A stretch of 64,000 bases of DNA from Ruminococcus sp. (GCA_022511005.1 JAFLSJ010000002.1:6392-70391), one strand, 5' to 3'; counted from the first letter of the stretch, positions 1-11,040 are shown. Made by a program: numbers and translations. The notes: generated from the letters alone by a model not told the origin.

Positions 1-2
1 CT

Positions 3-953
3 GTCTTCATTCCATTGTGATGAAAGGTAATAAAATCCCGGACAAGGCCACTGATAACCTCCGTTTGATGAAGGCTGATTATAATCTGAACCGGTATATC
101 CATCACCGCCTGAATTACCTGTATTTTCATCAGGGTCATCTGAAGAAGCGTTATTTTCTTCATTTCTCCTTCTCTCTTCTTCAGCTTCCTGTTGTCTTTT
201 TCTTTCAGCCTCTTCGGCAGCTTTTTGTTCTGCGTAATAATCCTGAATCTGTTTTTCTATATCTGACTGCTGCTCAGATGTATTAGAAATATTTGCAATT
301 AACGATTCGCTTTCTGTATATAAAGTATTAAGCAGTTGCTCATTTTCATCAAGAAGGTCCTGAAGCTCCTGCTGGTCGGCAAGTAATTCTTCTTCAACCT
401 TTTTGAGTTCTGCTTTATTATCTTCCAATTGCTTTTTATCGGCTGAAATCTTCTCCAGCTTTCCTTTAATTTCGTTAATTAAATTAGAGTCATAAGCGGA
501 AAGAGTTTTTACAAGTTCAAGCTTATCAAGAAAATCGGAAAAATCCTTTGCTCCAAAAATAATTTCAAGATCGGAAGCTCCGCCTGCCATATAAATAGTT
601 CTGATTCGGCTTTTAAGTGTTTCCATCTGAGTTTTTATATCCTCATTGCCTTTATCAATATCCTTTTGGAGCTTTGTAATATTTTTATCCAGCTCATCGC
701 TTTTGCTATGGTTAAGAGAAAGCTGTTCGCTTAAAACTCCGATTTTCTTAACAAGAGCATCGCTGTAAGCTTCTTTTTCAGATATATCTTCTTTTGTTTT
801 ATTAAGAATAGCCTGATACTCTGCATCCTGCTCTTTAAGCCTTTCAAGCTGTGATTCAAGAGAGTTTATATCATCAGCAGCAAAAACGCCGAAAATCGTA
901 CCAAAGCTTATAATGCAGACAAATAAAACTGCGGCGATTATCTTTTTTGCCAT
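3..953 (-). CDS. PcsB/EnvC-like coiled-coil murein hydrolase (activator), N-terminal part; runs off the window start
   Basis: Manual translation from ATG at 953: signal peptide MAKKIIAAVLFVCIISFG..., long coiled coil, RIRTIYMAGG..LEIIFGAKDFSDFLDK motif; directly downstream of ftsX. Not in the ORF track because it has no stop in the window. Confidence 0.8.
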   Translation of the reverse strand, partial: MAKKIIAAVLFVCIISFGTIFGVFAADDINSLESQLERLKEQDAEYQAILNKTKEDISEKEAYSDALVKKIGVLSEQLSLNHSKSDELDKNITKLQKDIDKGNEDIKTQMETLKSRIRTIYMAGGASDLEIIFGAKDFSDFLDKLELVKTLSAYDSNLINEIKGKLEKISADKKQLEDNKAELKKVEEELLADQQELQDLLDENEQLLNTLYTESESLIANISNTSEQQSDIEKQIQDYYAEQKAAEEAERKRQQEAEEERRRNEENNASSDDPDENTGNSGGDGYTGSDYNQPSSNGGYQWPCPGFYYLSSQWNED

Positions 954-990
954 CCGTTCCGACTTCCTTTCCTTATAATTACAGGAAGGG

Positions 991-1896
991 TTACCAACCC
1001 AAAATTTCATTTCCTTCTTTTTTCAGATATTTACGAATTGAAATAAATCCTCCTAATGCACCAATCAACATACCAGAAACCACAAATGCACCTGCAACAA
1101 TGGCGATAACATTCTGAATGGGAATTGAAGTCATCGGGATAATATTTGTAATTACCTCCATAATTCCGTTATATAAAAAGTAAAGTAAAACTGTTGAGAG
1201 AACTGCTGAAATCAAACCCATAAGCATACCTTCAATTACAAAGGGTATCCTGACAAATGAGTTTGTTGCACCAACAGATTTCATAATACTTATTTCAAAT
1301 CTGCGTGAATACATTGTCATTCTTATAGTGTTGGAAATAATAAACAACGATATTATCGTAAGTGCTAAAACAACCCAAAGGCTAACTGTTGTTACAAGAT
1401 TATTAATGCTTGTAAGTCTTTCTGCTATTTCACCTATATTTCTGACAGAATCTACCCCGTCAATAGAGATAATTTGTGAAACAGTCTGCTCATACTCTGA
1501 TAAATCTACCATAGAAATGTGATAGGCATCAGGTAAGGGGTTGTCATCTCCCTGAAGATTTGCAAATATTTCTTCACCTAAAACATCTTCATATTCTTTA
1601 AATGCGTCTTCCTTTGAATAAAATTCAACTGTTGCAATATTACTTAATTTTTCTAAATCTCTTCCAATATAAGCTGCCTCTACATTAGAGACATCATCCT
1701 TTAAAAATACTGTTGTTTCGTTTGAATCACCAACTGATTCCACAACTCTTGCCACATTCATTGAAAGCAATACGGCAGAGCCTGTGAGGACCAGACACGA
1801 AATCAATACACAAATAGAAGCGATACTCATAATGCGGTTGTTCCACACATTTTTTACGCCTTCTTTTATTAAATAGCCGAAGCCGCTTATACCCAT
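991..1896 (-). CDS. ftsX: Cell division ABC permease FtsX
   Basis: 4-TM layout, NPLPDAY and SNTIRMTMYSRRFEISIMKSVGAT motifs; follows ftsE. Confidence 0.95.
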   Translation of the reverse strand: MGISGFGYLIKEGVKNVWNNRIMSIASICVLISCLVLTGSAVLLSMNVARVVESVGDSNETTVFLKDDVSNVEAAYIGRDLEKLSNIATVEFYSKEDAFKEYEDVLGEEIFANLQGDDNPLPDAYHISMVDLSEYEQTVSQIISIDGVDSVRNIGEIAERLTSINNLVTTVSLWVVLALTIISLFIISNTIRMTMYSRRFEISIMKSVGATNSFVRIPFVIEGMLMGLISAVLSTVLLYFLYNGIMEVITNIIPMTSIPIQNVIAIVAGAFVVSGMLIGALGGFISIRKYLKKEGNEILGW

Positions 1897-1915
1897 ATCA
1901 ATTATCCTTTCGTTA

Positions 1916-2650
1916 CTACCTCAATGATTCGTCCAATAACAAATCCTCATGCCTGATAAGAAGATCCTCTTCTGTCACATCATCATTTGCCGCCGAATCT
2001 CCTACAACTCTTCCCTTATCAAGCTCTACTACTCTTTTATGAAAATGACGTACAAGATCGTGTTCGTGTGTTACTACAAGTATAGTAGTTCCCTGACGGT
2101 TAATTTCATTTAAAAGCTCAATAATTTCATAAGACATTTCAGGGTCTATGTTGCCTGTGGGCTCGTCAGCAATAATAATTTCAGGATTATTCACAAGTGC
2201 CCTTGCAAGACTTACTCTCTGCTGTTCACCGCCGGAAAGCTCTGACGGTCTGCTTTTGGCTTTATTTTTCAATCCAACAAGCTCTAAAATATAGGGGACT
2301 CTCTTTTTTACGGTTGACTGCTTTGCACCGATTGCTCTCATAGCAAATGCAACATTATCAAAAACATTCATTTTATCAATAAGGCGGAAATCCTGAAATA
2401 CAATTCCCATATGACGTCTTAAATACGGCACCTGACGTCTTTTCATATTAGACAGCTTTTTGCCGTTTACAATAATTTCTCCGCTTGTGGCTTCTTCCTC
2501 GTGCATAATGAGCTTTAAAAATGTACTCTTACCTGCACCGGAAGCTCCCACTATAAATACAAACTCGCCTTTATCAACAGAAAGGCTGACATTATTTAAT
2601 GCGTGTGTACCTGATGAATAGTTTTTGCATACATTGATAAATTCTATCAT
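1916..2650 (-). CDS. ftsE: Cell division ATP-binding protein FtsE
   Basis: GASGAGKST, VFQDFRL, LSGGEQQRV, ADEPTGN. Confidence 0.95.
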   Translation of the reverse strand: MIEFINVCKNYSSGTHALNNVSLSVDKGEFVFIVGASGAGKSTFLKLIMHEEEATSGEIIVNGKKLSNMKRRQVPYLRRHMGIVFQDFRLIDKMNVFDNVAFAMRAIGAKQSTVKKRVPYILELVGLKNKAKSRPSELSGGEQQRVSLARALVNNPEIIIADEPTGNIDPEMSYEIIELLNEINRQGTTILVVTHEHDLVRHFHKRVVELDKGRVVGDSAANDDVTEEDLLIRHEDLLLDESLR

Positions 2651-2717
2651 CGTTTCACCTTCATTTTGTTAAAATAATACTTAGTGCTAAATTTTGGAAA
2701 TAAGCTCTAAATACCAT

Positions 2718-2757
2718 AAATCGCCTTGCACTATCAGAGTAGTATGCAAGGCGAATT
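2718..2757 (-). terminator. Probable intrinsic terminator hairpin after the CdaR-type gene
   Basis: tcgccttgca (2721-2730) / tgcaaggcga (2745-2754) inverted repeat. Confidence 0.55.
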
Positions 2758-2795
2758 TTTATTTTTTAAAAAGAGCTTTTAAGCACACAATAACC

Positions 2796-3881
2796 TTAAT
2801 ACTTTGTAGGATTTGCAGTAAGGTACTTTTTAACCATAAGAGCTACCTTAAATACAATAGCATCTTCAAATTCTCTTAAATCAAGACCTGTTAATTTTTT
2901 GATTTTTTCAAGTCTGTAAACCAAAGTATTTCTGTGAACAAAAAGCTTTCTTGATGTTTCGGAAACGTTCAGGTTGTTTTCAAAGAACTTCTGAATTGTA
3001 AACAGAGTTTCCTGGTCAAGACTTTCAATAGAGCCTTTTTTGAAAACTTCTCTAAGGAACATTTCACACAATGTTGTAGGAAGCTGATAAACAAGGCGAG
3101 CAATGCCTAAGTTATCATAGCTTACGATTGTGCGTTCTGTATCAAATACTTTACCAACCTCAAGGGCAACCTGAGCCTCTTTAAATGATTTTGCCAGATC
3201 CTTAATGCCTGTAACAGTAGTACCTATACCGACTACACAATGTGTATAAAACTCGCTTGACAATGTGTCAACAATTGATGAAGCAAGCTTTTCAAGGTCT
3301 TTACTTTCAATATTAGGTTTAATTTCTTTAACAAGTGCTATTTCAAGTTCATTAATATTAATTACAAAGTCTTTAGTTTTATCAGGGAAAAGATTTTGAA
3401 CTATATCATATGCCGAAACTTCTGTCTTAGCTGTTATTTTAATTAAAAGACAAACTCTTGTTACTTCACTGTTAAAATGAAGCTCTCTTGCTTTTAAATA
3501 AATATCACCCGGCAAAATGTTATCGAGAATTACGTTTTTAATAAAATTGCTTCTGTCATATTTTTCGTCATAATACTGTTTAATACTGCTAAGTGAAATA
3601 GACAGCAGCTGAGCATAGCGTTGAGCATAATCATCATTTCCCGATACAAAAACTGCATACTCGGATTTTGCTGTATTGCCGAATGATTTGTAAGTATAGC
3701 CGTTGATTACAAACGGAACCGATGAACTGAGAGTTTCAGAATTTATGCTTTCGTTCACTTCTCCGATTTTTCCAAGTTCTGAACAAGCTATAACAACAGA
3801 TGTTTCGTCTATTACGCCAATAGTTCTATCAATAGCGTCCTTCATTTGATGAATGATACCCTGAAATAATCTGTTAGACAT
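2796..3881 (-). CDS. CdaR/PucR-family transcriptional regulator
   Basis: C-terminal HTH NLNVSETSRKLFVHRNTLVYRLEKIKKLTGLD; N-terminal sugar-diacid-recognition-like region. Confidence 0.88.
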   Translation of the reverse strand: MSNRLFQGIIHQMKDAIDRTIGVIDETSVVIACSELGKIGEVNESINSETLSSSVPFVINGYTYKSFGNTAKSEYAVFVSGNDDYAQRYAQLLSISLSSIKQYYDEKYDRSNFIKNVILDNILPGDIYLKARELHFNSEVTRVCLLIKITAKTEVSAYDIVQNLFPDKTKDFVININELEIALVKEIKPNIESKDLEKLASSIVDTLSSEFYTHCVVGIGTTVTGIKDLAKSFKEAQVALEVGKVFDTERTIVSYDNLGIARLVYQLPTTLCEMFLREVFKKGSIESLDQETLFTIQKFFENNLNVSETSRKLFVHRNTLVYRLEKIKKLTGLDLREFEDAIVFKVALMVKKYLTANPTKY

Positions 3882-4083
3882 TGTAATTTACCTCGTTCCT
3901 AAATAAGCTTTATTTATTTTATTGATTATTAGAATTTACATATAAAAAATAAATTATATTTTACACATATTCATTTTACACAAAAACGAATAAAAAATCA
4001 ACCTCTATTTACAAAAATCATTAAATTTTTTATAGATTTTGCCGAAAATTTTTGATTTTTACCTTTTAAAAACAATTTTACAT

Positions 4084-4116
4084 AAAAAAACACCCCGTAA
4101 TTTAAAAATTACGGGG
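4084..4116 (-). terminator. Intrinsic terminator after the ABC ATPase
   Basis: ccccgtaattt/aaattacgggg stem with an A-run (U-tract on the minus strand). Confidence 0.7.
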
Positions 4117-4137
4117 CAAATATTTGCTGAATTTTTA

Positions 4138-5256
4138 TCAATTTGTGATTGTCTGCTCTGTTTCTTTATCAAAAATATGAATTCTGTTAAGATCAAGAGC
4201 AACCTTGATATTGTCACCAGGCTTTGCTTTTGAAGCAGGGTCAACACGAGCTGTGAGCGGAACCCCTGAAATATTAAGATACAGATAAATTTCTGCACCC
4301 ATAAGCTCTGTTACATCAACATTAGCTGTGATTATGCCGTTTCCGTCAGCAATTTTATCAAGGAATTCAGGCTCATCGTGAACATGCTCAGGACGAATAC
4401 CGAATACAACCTCTTTACCGTTGTAAGCTTCAAGAACATTATCCTTGTTCTTTGACTGAGGTAATTTAATTTCATACTGGTCAAATTTAAGATAGAAGTC
4501 GCTGTCCTTTTTCACAAGTGTTGCGTCAATAAAGTTCATCTGTGGTGAACCGATAAATCCTGCAACGAATTCATTACAAGGCATATCATAAAGGTTCTGA
4601 GGAGTATCAACCTGCTGAATGAAGCCGTCCTTCATTACAACAATTCTTGTACCCATTGTCATAGCTTCTGTCTGGTCATGAGTTACATAGATGAATGTTG
4701 TACCAAGTCTCTGATAAATTCTTGAAATCTCTGTTCTCATCTGAGCACGGAGCTTTGCGTCAAGGTTTGAGAGAGGTTCGTCAAGTAAGAATACCTTAGG
4801 ATCACGAACAATGGCACGTCCTAAAGCAACACGCTGTCTCTGACCGCCTGAAAGAGCCTTTGGCTTTCTGTCAAGGTATTGCTCAATGCCGAGGATTCTT
4901 GCAGCTTCTTCTACTCTTCTTTTAATTTCTTCCTTTGGAGTTTTTCTCAGTTTCAAACCAAATGCCATATTATCATATACTGTCATATGAGGATAAAGAG
5001 CATAGTTCTGGAATACCATTGCAATATCTCTATCCTTAGGAGCTACATCGTTAGCAAGCTTATCGCCGATATAAAGCTCACCCTTTGAAATATCCTCTAA
5101 ACCGGCAATCATTCTGAGAGTTGTTGATTTACCGCAGCCTGACGGTCCAACAAGAATAATAAATTCCTTATCCTCGATTTCCAGATTAAAATCTGTTACA
5201 GCAGTAACACCGCCGTCATAGATTTTGTAAATATGCCTTAGAGATACATTTGCCAT
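4138..5256 (-). CDS. Sugar ABC transporter ATP-binding protein (MsmX/UgpC/MalK family)
   Basis: GPSGCGKST, VFQNYALYPHM, LSGGQRQR, DEPLSNLD, C-terminal TOBE-like region; no adjacent permeases. Confidence 0.93.
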   Translation of the reverse strand: MANVSLRHIYKIYDGGVTAVTDFNLEIEDKEFIILVGPSGCGKSTTLRMIAGLEDISKGELYIGDKLANDVAPKDRDIAMVFQNYALYPHMTVYDNMAFGLKLRKTPKEEIKRRVEEAARILGIEQYLDRKPKALSGGQRQRVALGRAIVRDPKVFLLDEPLSNLDAKLRAQMRTEISRIYQRLGTTFIYVTHDQTEAMTMGTRIVVMKDGFIQQVDTPQNLYDMPCNEFVAGFIGSPQMNFIDATLVKKDSDFYLKFDQYEIKLPQSKNKDNVLEAYNGKEVVFGIRPEHVHDEPEFLDKIADGNGIITANVDVTELMGAEIYLYLNISGVPLTARVDPASKAKPGDNIKVALDLNRIHIFDKETEQTITN

Positions 5257-5492
5257 TTACTAAAAACCTCCTATTGTTATGCAAAATACATTGCTTCAAA
5301 TTTTAGTATATCAATAGTTTACCACATTTTGCTTGCCTTTACCACTATTAAATCAACTAAACTTTTGAACTATATTTTATGTATTATTTCTAATCGGATA
5401 AAAACAAGTACCAAAATTAATGCATTTTACACAAAAAATATTATACTAAACACCAATTAAAATGCGGATATCTTTTGAATCTTATATCGTTT

Positions 5493-6203
5493 TCAGTCGG
5501 CGTTTAGTATTAGCTGTTTTTCGCAATCTTCAAGCTCTCTCGATTGACCCAAGTCAAGGGAATTATCCAATTCCAATCTACCTATTGAAATTCTTTTTAA
5601 ATATTCAACCTTAAGATTACAGCACAAAAACATTTTCTTGACCTGATGAAATTTACCCTCACAAATGCTTACATATGCAGATTTGCCGTCTTCGCAAATT
5701 TCAAGCATTGCAGGCAAACATTCTGTTCCGTCTTTAAAGACAATACCCTGCTCAAATTTTTTCTTTGTTTCTTCTGTTACGGGATTGTCCAATTTTGCAA
5801 AATACTTTTTGTATACTTTTTTATTGGGCGACATTACCCTGTGGGCAAAATCGCCGTCATCTGTAATTATCAACAAACCTTCCGTATCTTTATCAAGTCT
5901 GCCTGCAACAAAAAGTCCCTGCCTTTTAAGCTTTTCTGGCAATATATCAATAACTGTTTTTTCTCTTGTATCCTTGCTTGCACTCACAACTCCCGCAGGC
6001 TTGTTCATCATTATATATAAATGCTTTTTAAAAACAAGCTTTTCTCCGTTTACTACGATAATATCTTTTTCAGGTTCAACCTTTTGGGAGTTATCAGTAC
6101 AAACAACTCCGTTAATCAGAACAGACTTATCCTTTAACAGCTTATGTACTTGTTTTCTGCTTCCTAAATTTTGTGATGCCAGTATTTTATCTATTCTTTC
6201 CAT
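5493..6203 (-). CDS. RsuA-family rRNA pseudouridine synthase
   Basis: S4 domain MERIDKIL, GRLDKDTEGL, EGKFHQVKKM; likely start ATG 6203. Confidence 0.9.
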   Translation of the reverse strand: MERIDKILASQNLGSRKQVHKLLKDKSVLINGVVCTDNSQKVEPEKDIIVVNGEKLVFKKHLYIMMNKPAGVVSASKDTREKTVIDILPEKLKRQGLFVAGRLDKDTEGLLIITDDGDFAHRVMSPNKKVYKKYFAKLDNPVTEETKKKFEQGIVFKDGTECLPAMLEICEDGKSAYVSICEGKFHQVKKMFLCCNLKVEYLKRISIGRLELDNSLDLGQSRELEDCEKQLILNAD

Positions 6204-6208
6204 AAATC

Positions 6209-6697
6209 CTAAATCAGCGGACTGTAGTCCACACCGTACTCCTTCGTTCCTATATGACCGCCTATTACACATTCATTATATATAAGCAATGTAACATAGC
6301 AGTCATTTCCGTTTTTATCATAATTATTCAATTTATAAATATTTCTTTTAGCTGTTACACCTTTATAGTTACTTAAATCAAGGCCGATTTTTTTCTGAAG
6401 CCGGTTATATTTTGTATATGTCTCATTAAAGAAAGACGGAATAACTACCTCGTCGCTTACAAGAGAGGTTTCATCAACTTCAAGCCCAAACTGCTTTAAA
6501 AACTCTATTTCCTGAGAACCGTCCTGCACTTGCAGATAAAACTCTCCCAGTTCATCACATGTTGCACTCCGGGGCATTTTGGTTCCGTTAATATACAAAA
6601 CTATCAGTATTACCGCCATAACGCATAATACCAACAACCCTATAAGCAAATATTTTTTCCATTGTTCTTTAATTTCACCAATTGCAAAAACAAACAT
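6209..6697 (-). CDS. Membrane-anchored conserved protein (DUF4830-like)
   Basis: N-terminal TM helix; IPSFFNETYTKYNRLQKKIGLDLSNYKG..VIGG motif. Confidence 0.65.
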   Translation of the reverse strand: MFVFAIGEIKEQWKKYLLIGLLVLCVMAVILIVLYINGTKMPRSATCDELGEFYLQVQDGSQEIEFLKQFGLEVDETSLVSDEVVIPSFFNETYTKYNRLQKKIGLDLSNYKGVTAKRNIYKLNNYDKNGNDCYVTLLIYNECVIGGHIGTKEYGVDYSPLI

Positions 6698-6813
6698 CCT
6701 GTCACCCTTTCCATATAATAAATATGCAAAGGGACAAGGTAAAATGCTTAATTTACAAAACTATATAATGCCTGCTGAACAATTCAAAAACATATAAATT
6801 ATCAAACCAAATA

Positions 6814-7479
6814 CTAATCAGTATTTGGCGTAAACATTATATCAAGAATTTCCAAAGGATTATTTACAAAAACTTTAGCGCCGTGTTTTTTCATTAATGA
6901 TTTTTCTCCGTAACCGTAGGAAGCTGCTATAAAATCAATGCCTGTAAGTCTTGCACCCTCGGCATCAAAATAAGTATCTCCTATTAAAACGATTTTGTCC
7001 GTCATTTTTCCGCCTAATCTGTTTACGGCATATGGAATTAAATCCGCTTTCTCTTTTCTTGAACCGTCCTTTGAAGAACCGCATACAGCTTTAAAATATT
7101 TTGTTATGTCTAAAATATCGCATGCCTTTTCTGCAAAAAGTTCATATTTTGAAGAACAAACGCTGATTGGAATATTATTTGCGTTAAGAGTTTTTAAAAC
7201 CTCTTCCATTCCGTCGTAAAGACGATTTTTCTTTATACCCTCGGTTTTGTAAAATCCCTTGTAAATCTCAATGCCTTTGTTACATTCATCTTCACTGAAT
7301 CCGCAGAGGTTTTTTAAAGTGTTTACAAGAGGAGGACCTAAATACTTGGAATAGTCTGATAAATCGGGAATAGGCTTGCCCATTTTCTCAATAGTTTTTT
7401 CAAGGCTTAGTCTTACGCCCTCTGCACTTTGACTTAATGTTCCGTCAAAATCAAAAAGTACATAATCATACTTAGCCAT
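6814..7479 (-). CDS. HAD-superfamily hydrolase (phosphoglycolate phosphatase/5'-nucleotidase-like)
   Basis: FDFDGTL motif I, IGDT..D motif IV; likely start 7479. Confidence 0.88.
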   Translation of the reverse strand: MAKYDYVLFDFDGTLSQSAEGVRLSLEKTIEKMGKPIPDLSDYSKYLGPPLVNTLKNLCGFSEDECNKGIEIYKGFYKTEGIKKNRLYDGMEEVLKTLNANNIPISVCSSKYELFAEKACDILDITKYFKAVCGSSKDGSRKEKADLIPYAVNRLGGKMTDKIVLIGDTYFDAEGARLTGIDFIAASYGYGEKSLMKKHGAKVFVNNPLEILDIMFTPNTD

Positions 7480-7864
7480 TAAATTTTTCCTCCGCCTTTT
7501 TCTGGAAGCTTTCACTTTTTACGCTGACTCTTGTATGAGTTCCCTTTGCAATCTCACCCTTTTTATCTTCTGCATAAACACTGAAGTAAAACATTCTGCC
7601 GTCAATTTTTTCAAGTACGGCTGTGGCAGAAACCTCTGCCCCTATAGGAGTAGGACTTGTATGCTCAATTGAAATCTCTGTACCTACTGTTGTGAAAATA
7701 TCTTCAAGACCCCTTTGTGCAAGCTCACAGGCGGCATTTTCCATTAAAGCAACAACCATTGGAGTTGCAAGCACTCTCAGGCTTCCGCTTCCAACATTGC
7801 AGGCGAGCATATCTTCCGTAACCACTGATTTTTTTGTTAACTTATCTCCGATATTTAATGACAT
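7472..7864 (-). CDS. Hotdog-fold thioesterase (FlK-like)
   Basis: VLATP..VALMENAA, TVGT.ISIEH..PTPIG motifs. Confidence 0.85.
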   Translation of the reverse strand: MSLNIGDKLTKKSVVTEDMLACNVGSGSLRVLATPMVVALMENAACELAQRGLEDIFTTVGTEISIEHTSPTPIGAEVSATAVLEKIDGRMFYFSVYAEDKKGEIAKGTHTRVSVKSESFQKKAEEKFNG

Positions 7865-8038
7865 ATTAAAAAATCCCTTTCAAAATTTCTTCTTTTTATT
7901 GTTAAAACTGCTTATGTATGATATAATTAGCGATAAAGCAGTTGCCGATGGATGTAAATTTAATATCTATTATGTATTTAATATACAGCAAAAAGCTTTT
8001 TAAGGCAAATAAAATTTTATCTGCAAGGAGTTTTTAAA

Positions 8039-9133
8039 TTGAAATTAGGTATAGTAGGATTGCCTAATGTAGGCAAAAGTACACTTTTTAACGCAATTAC
8101 TAACGCAGGCGCTCAATCTGCAAACTATCCCTTTTGCACAATTGAACCAAATGTGGGTGTTGTAGCCGTACCCGATAAGCGTCTTAACAAGCTGGCTGAA
8201 ATGTATCAGCCTGAAAAATTCACCCCTGCAACTATTGAATTTGTTGACATTGCAGGTCTTGTAAAAGGTGCTTCAAAGGGCGAGGGTTTAGGTAACAAAT
8301 TCTTGTCAAATATTCGTGAATGTGACGCTATTGTTCATGTTGTAAGATGCTTTGAAAATGACGATATCATTCATGTTGAAGGCAGTGTTGACCCTGCAAG
8401 AGATATTGAAACTATAAACCTTGAGCTTATTCTTTCCGATGTTGAAATGCTGGAAAGAAGAATTGACAAAACTAAAAAAATGCTTAAAGGCGATAAAAAA
8501 TATCAAGCAGATTTAGATTTTTACAACCGTGTGCTTGACACCTTGAATGAGGGTAAATCTGCAAGAAGTGTTGAATGCAGTGAAGATGAAGAAAAGCTGT
8601 TATCAGAAGTTGCCCTTCTTTCAAACAAACCGATTATTTATGCTGCAAATATGAGTGATGAAGACTTTTCAGGCGGTATCGGAAATAATGAATACCTAAA
8701 AAAAGTTGAAGAAATTGCAAAGGAAGAAAATGCAGCGGTTTTACCAATCTGTGCACAAATTGAAGCTGAAATCGTTGAAATGGATAAAGAAGAAAAAGAA
8801 CTGTTCCTTGCTGATATGGGACTTGAGCAGTCGGGTCTTGACAGACTTATTAAAGAATGTTACGCACTTTTAGGATTAATTTCTTACTTAACTGCCGGCA
8901 AGCCGGAGGTAAGAGCCTGGACAATTAAAAAAGGCACAAAGGCACCGCAGGCAGCAGGTAAAATTCATACAGACTTTGAGCGTGGCTTCATAAGAGCAGA
9001 GGTTATATCCTTTGATGATTTAATGGCAAACGGAAGTATGGCAGCTGCAAAAGAAAAAGGTCTTGTCAGAAGCGAAGGCAAAGAATACGTTATGAAAGAC
9101 GGCGACATCGTCTTATTCAGATTTAATGTATAA
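8039..9133 (+). CDS. ychF: Redox-regulated ATPase YchF
   Basis: GLPNVGKST, NYPFCTIEPN, DIAGLV, EGKEYVMKDGD; TTG start. Confidence 0.97.
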   Translation: MKLGIVGLPNVGKSTLFNAITNAGAQSANYPFCTIEPNVGVVAVPDKRLNKLAEMYQPEKFTPATIEFVDIAGLVKGASKGEGLGNKFLSNIRECDAIVHVVRCFENDDIIHVEGSVDPARDIETINLELILSDVEMLERRIDKTKKMLKGDKKYQADLDFYNRVLDTLNEGKSARSVECSEDEEKLLSEVALLSNKPIIYAANMSDEDFSGGIGNNEYLKKVEEIAKEENAAVLPICAQIEAEIVEMDKEEKELFLADMGLEQSGLDRLIKECYALLGLISYLTAGKPEVRAWTIKKGTKAPQAAGKIHTDFERGFIRAEVISFDDLMANGSMAAAKEKGLVRSEGKEYVMKDGDIVLFRFNV

Positions 9134-9152
9134 AAAATAAAACATATAAATT

Positions 9153-9181
9153 AAAGCGTCCTGATTTCAGGACGCTTTTTT
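9153..9181. terminator. Bidirectional terminator between ychF and glmS
   Basis: aaagcgtcctga/tcaggacgcttt stem between convergent genes. Confidence 0.8.
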
Positions 9182-9187
9182 CGTTCT

Positions 9188-11017
9188 CTATTCTACTGTA
9201 ACAGATTTTGCAAGATTTCTCGGCTTATCAGGGTCATTACCTTTATTTATTGCTGTATAGTACGCAAGCATCTGTAGTGGTACAACAGCCGTTATGGGCA
9301 TTAAAAGCTCATCTATATGAGGGATTTCAATAACATAATCTGCAACGCCGTCTTTTAAACCTCTTGCACAAACATCAGTACAAACAAGTATAATTTTGGC
9401 TCCTCTTGACTTAACCTCAACAATGTTACTGATTGTTTTTGGAATAATATCCGTTTGTGTTGCCACAGAAATAACAGGCATATCATTATCAATAAGAGAA
9501 ATTGTACCGTGTTTCAGTTCGCCTGCAGCATAGCTTTCGGAATGTATATAGGAAACCTCTTTAAGTTTCAGAGAGCCTTCCATTGAAAGTGCATAGTCAA
9601 GACCTCTGCCGATATAAAGCAGGCTTTCTGATGTAATCAGCTTTGTTGCAATATATTTACATTTTTCTTCACAGGTTTTAATCACATGTGCAACTGCCTC
9701 GGGAGTTTTTATAAGAGCAGAAACCAGTCGTTTACATTCAGGCTCGCTTAAAGTTCCTTTAGCAAGTGCAAGTTCAAAAGCGAATAAATACATAACAGAA
9801 AGCTGTGTGATATATGCCTTTGTAGAAGCAACTGCAATTTCGGGACCTGCCAAAGTATAAATTAACATATCTGCTTCACGGGCAATAGAACTGCCTTTTG
9901 CATTAACAATAGCCAAGGTTTTTGCGCCCTTTTGCTTTGCAAGTCGCAGTGCCGCAAGACTGTCGGCAGTTTCACCTGACTGTGAAATAATAATTACCAA
10001 ATCGCCCTCGCCGATAATTGGATTTCTGTAACGAAATTCCGATGCAATATCAACATTAACGGGAACACGTGCTAAATCCTCAATTACATATTTTCCAACC
10101 ATACCTGCATGCATAGCTGTACCGCAGGCAACAATTGTAATATTTTTAAAATTTTTAATTTTATCAAGTGTTATGCCGCATTCTTCAAGGCAAGGCAATC
10201 CGTCCTTGATTCTCGGCATAATTGTGGTCCTAATTGCCTCAGGCTGTTCATTGATTTCTTTAATCATAAAATGAGGATAACCGCCTTTTTCAGCGGCTTC
10301 CATATCCCAATCCGCAGTTTTTAACTCTTTTTCAATTGGGTCAAGATGCTCGTCAACAAAAGTTGCTCCGTCTTTTGTTAATGTTGCAATTTCATCATGC
10401 TCAAGCAAATAATAATCTTTTGTATATTTTAAAATTGCGGGAACATCGGACGCAATAAAACATTCTCCCTCTGCTACGCCGACAATTAACGGACTCTCTC
10501 GTCTTACAGCAAACACTTTGTCAGGAAAATCCTTAAACATAATACCCAATGCAAAAGAACCCTTCAGCTCAGCCATTACGCTGTCAATAGTTTCAAGGGG
10601 ATTTCCGTTATATTTATAATCAAGAAGCTGTGCCACAACCTCTGTATCTGTTTCGCTTAAAAATTCTCTGCCCTTAGATACTAAAAATTCCTTTAATTCA
10701 ATATAATTTTCAATAATGCCGTTATGCACTATTGTAACTCTTGCACCGCTGTGGGGATGTGAATTTATATCAGAAGGTTCGCCGTGTGTTGCCCAACGGG
10801 TATGACCTATGCCAACATGACCCTTTGGTTTTCCTACACTTTCAAGCTTATCCTCAAGGTCTTTTAACTTACCTTGGGTTTTTACTGTTTTAATCATATC
10901 ATCTTCAAAAACAGCAATACCCGCTGAATCATATCCTCTGTATTCCAGCTTTGTCAATGCACTTACAAGGACATCGCTGCAATCCTTAGGACCTATATAT
11001 CCAACTATTCCGCACAT
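9188..11017 (-). CDS. glmS: Glutamine--fructose-6-phosphate aminotransferase
   Basis: MCGIVG start, GHTRWATHG, SQSGETAD, PRNLAKSVTVE end. Confidence 0.98.
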   Translation of the reverse strand: MCGIVGYIGPKDCSDVLVSALTKLEYRGYDSAGIAVFEDDMIKTVKTQGKLKDLEDKLESVGKPKGHVGIGHTRWATHGEPSDINSHPHSGARVTIVHNGIIENYIELKEFLVSKGREFLSETDTEVVAQLLDYKYNGNPLETIDSVMAELKGSFALGIMFKDFPDKVFAVRRESPLIVGVAEGECFIASDVPAILKYTKDYYLLEHDEIATLTKDGATFVDEHLDPIEKELKTADWDMEAAEKGGYPHFMIKEINEQPEAIRTTIMPRIKDGLPCLEECGITLDKIKNFKNITIVACGTAMHAGMVGKYVIEDLARVPVNVDIASEFRYRNPIIGEGDLVIIISQSGETADSLAALRLAKQKGAKTLAIVNAKGSSIAREADMLIYTLAGPEIAVASTKAYITQLSVMYLFAFELALAKGTLSEPECKRLVSALIKTPEAVAHVIKTCEEKCKYIATKLITSESLLYIGRGLDYALSMEGSLKLKEVSYIHSESYAAGELKHGTISLIDNDMPVISVATQTDIIPKTISNIVEVKSRGAKIILVCTDVCARGLKDGVADYVIEIPHIDELLMPITAVVPLQMLAYYTAINKGNDPDKPRNLAKSVTVE

Positions 11018-11040
11018 ACTTTCCTCCCGATAATAACGAT

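Noticed and set aside
11018-11040. glmS ribozyme
   Set aside because: Only 23 bp of intergenic space
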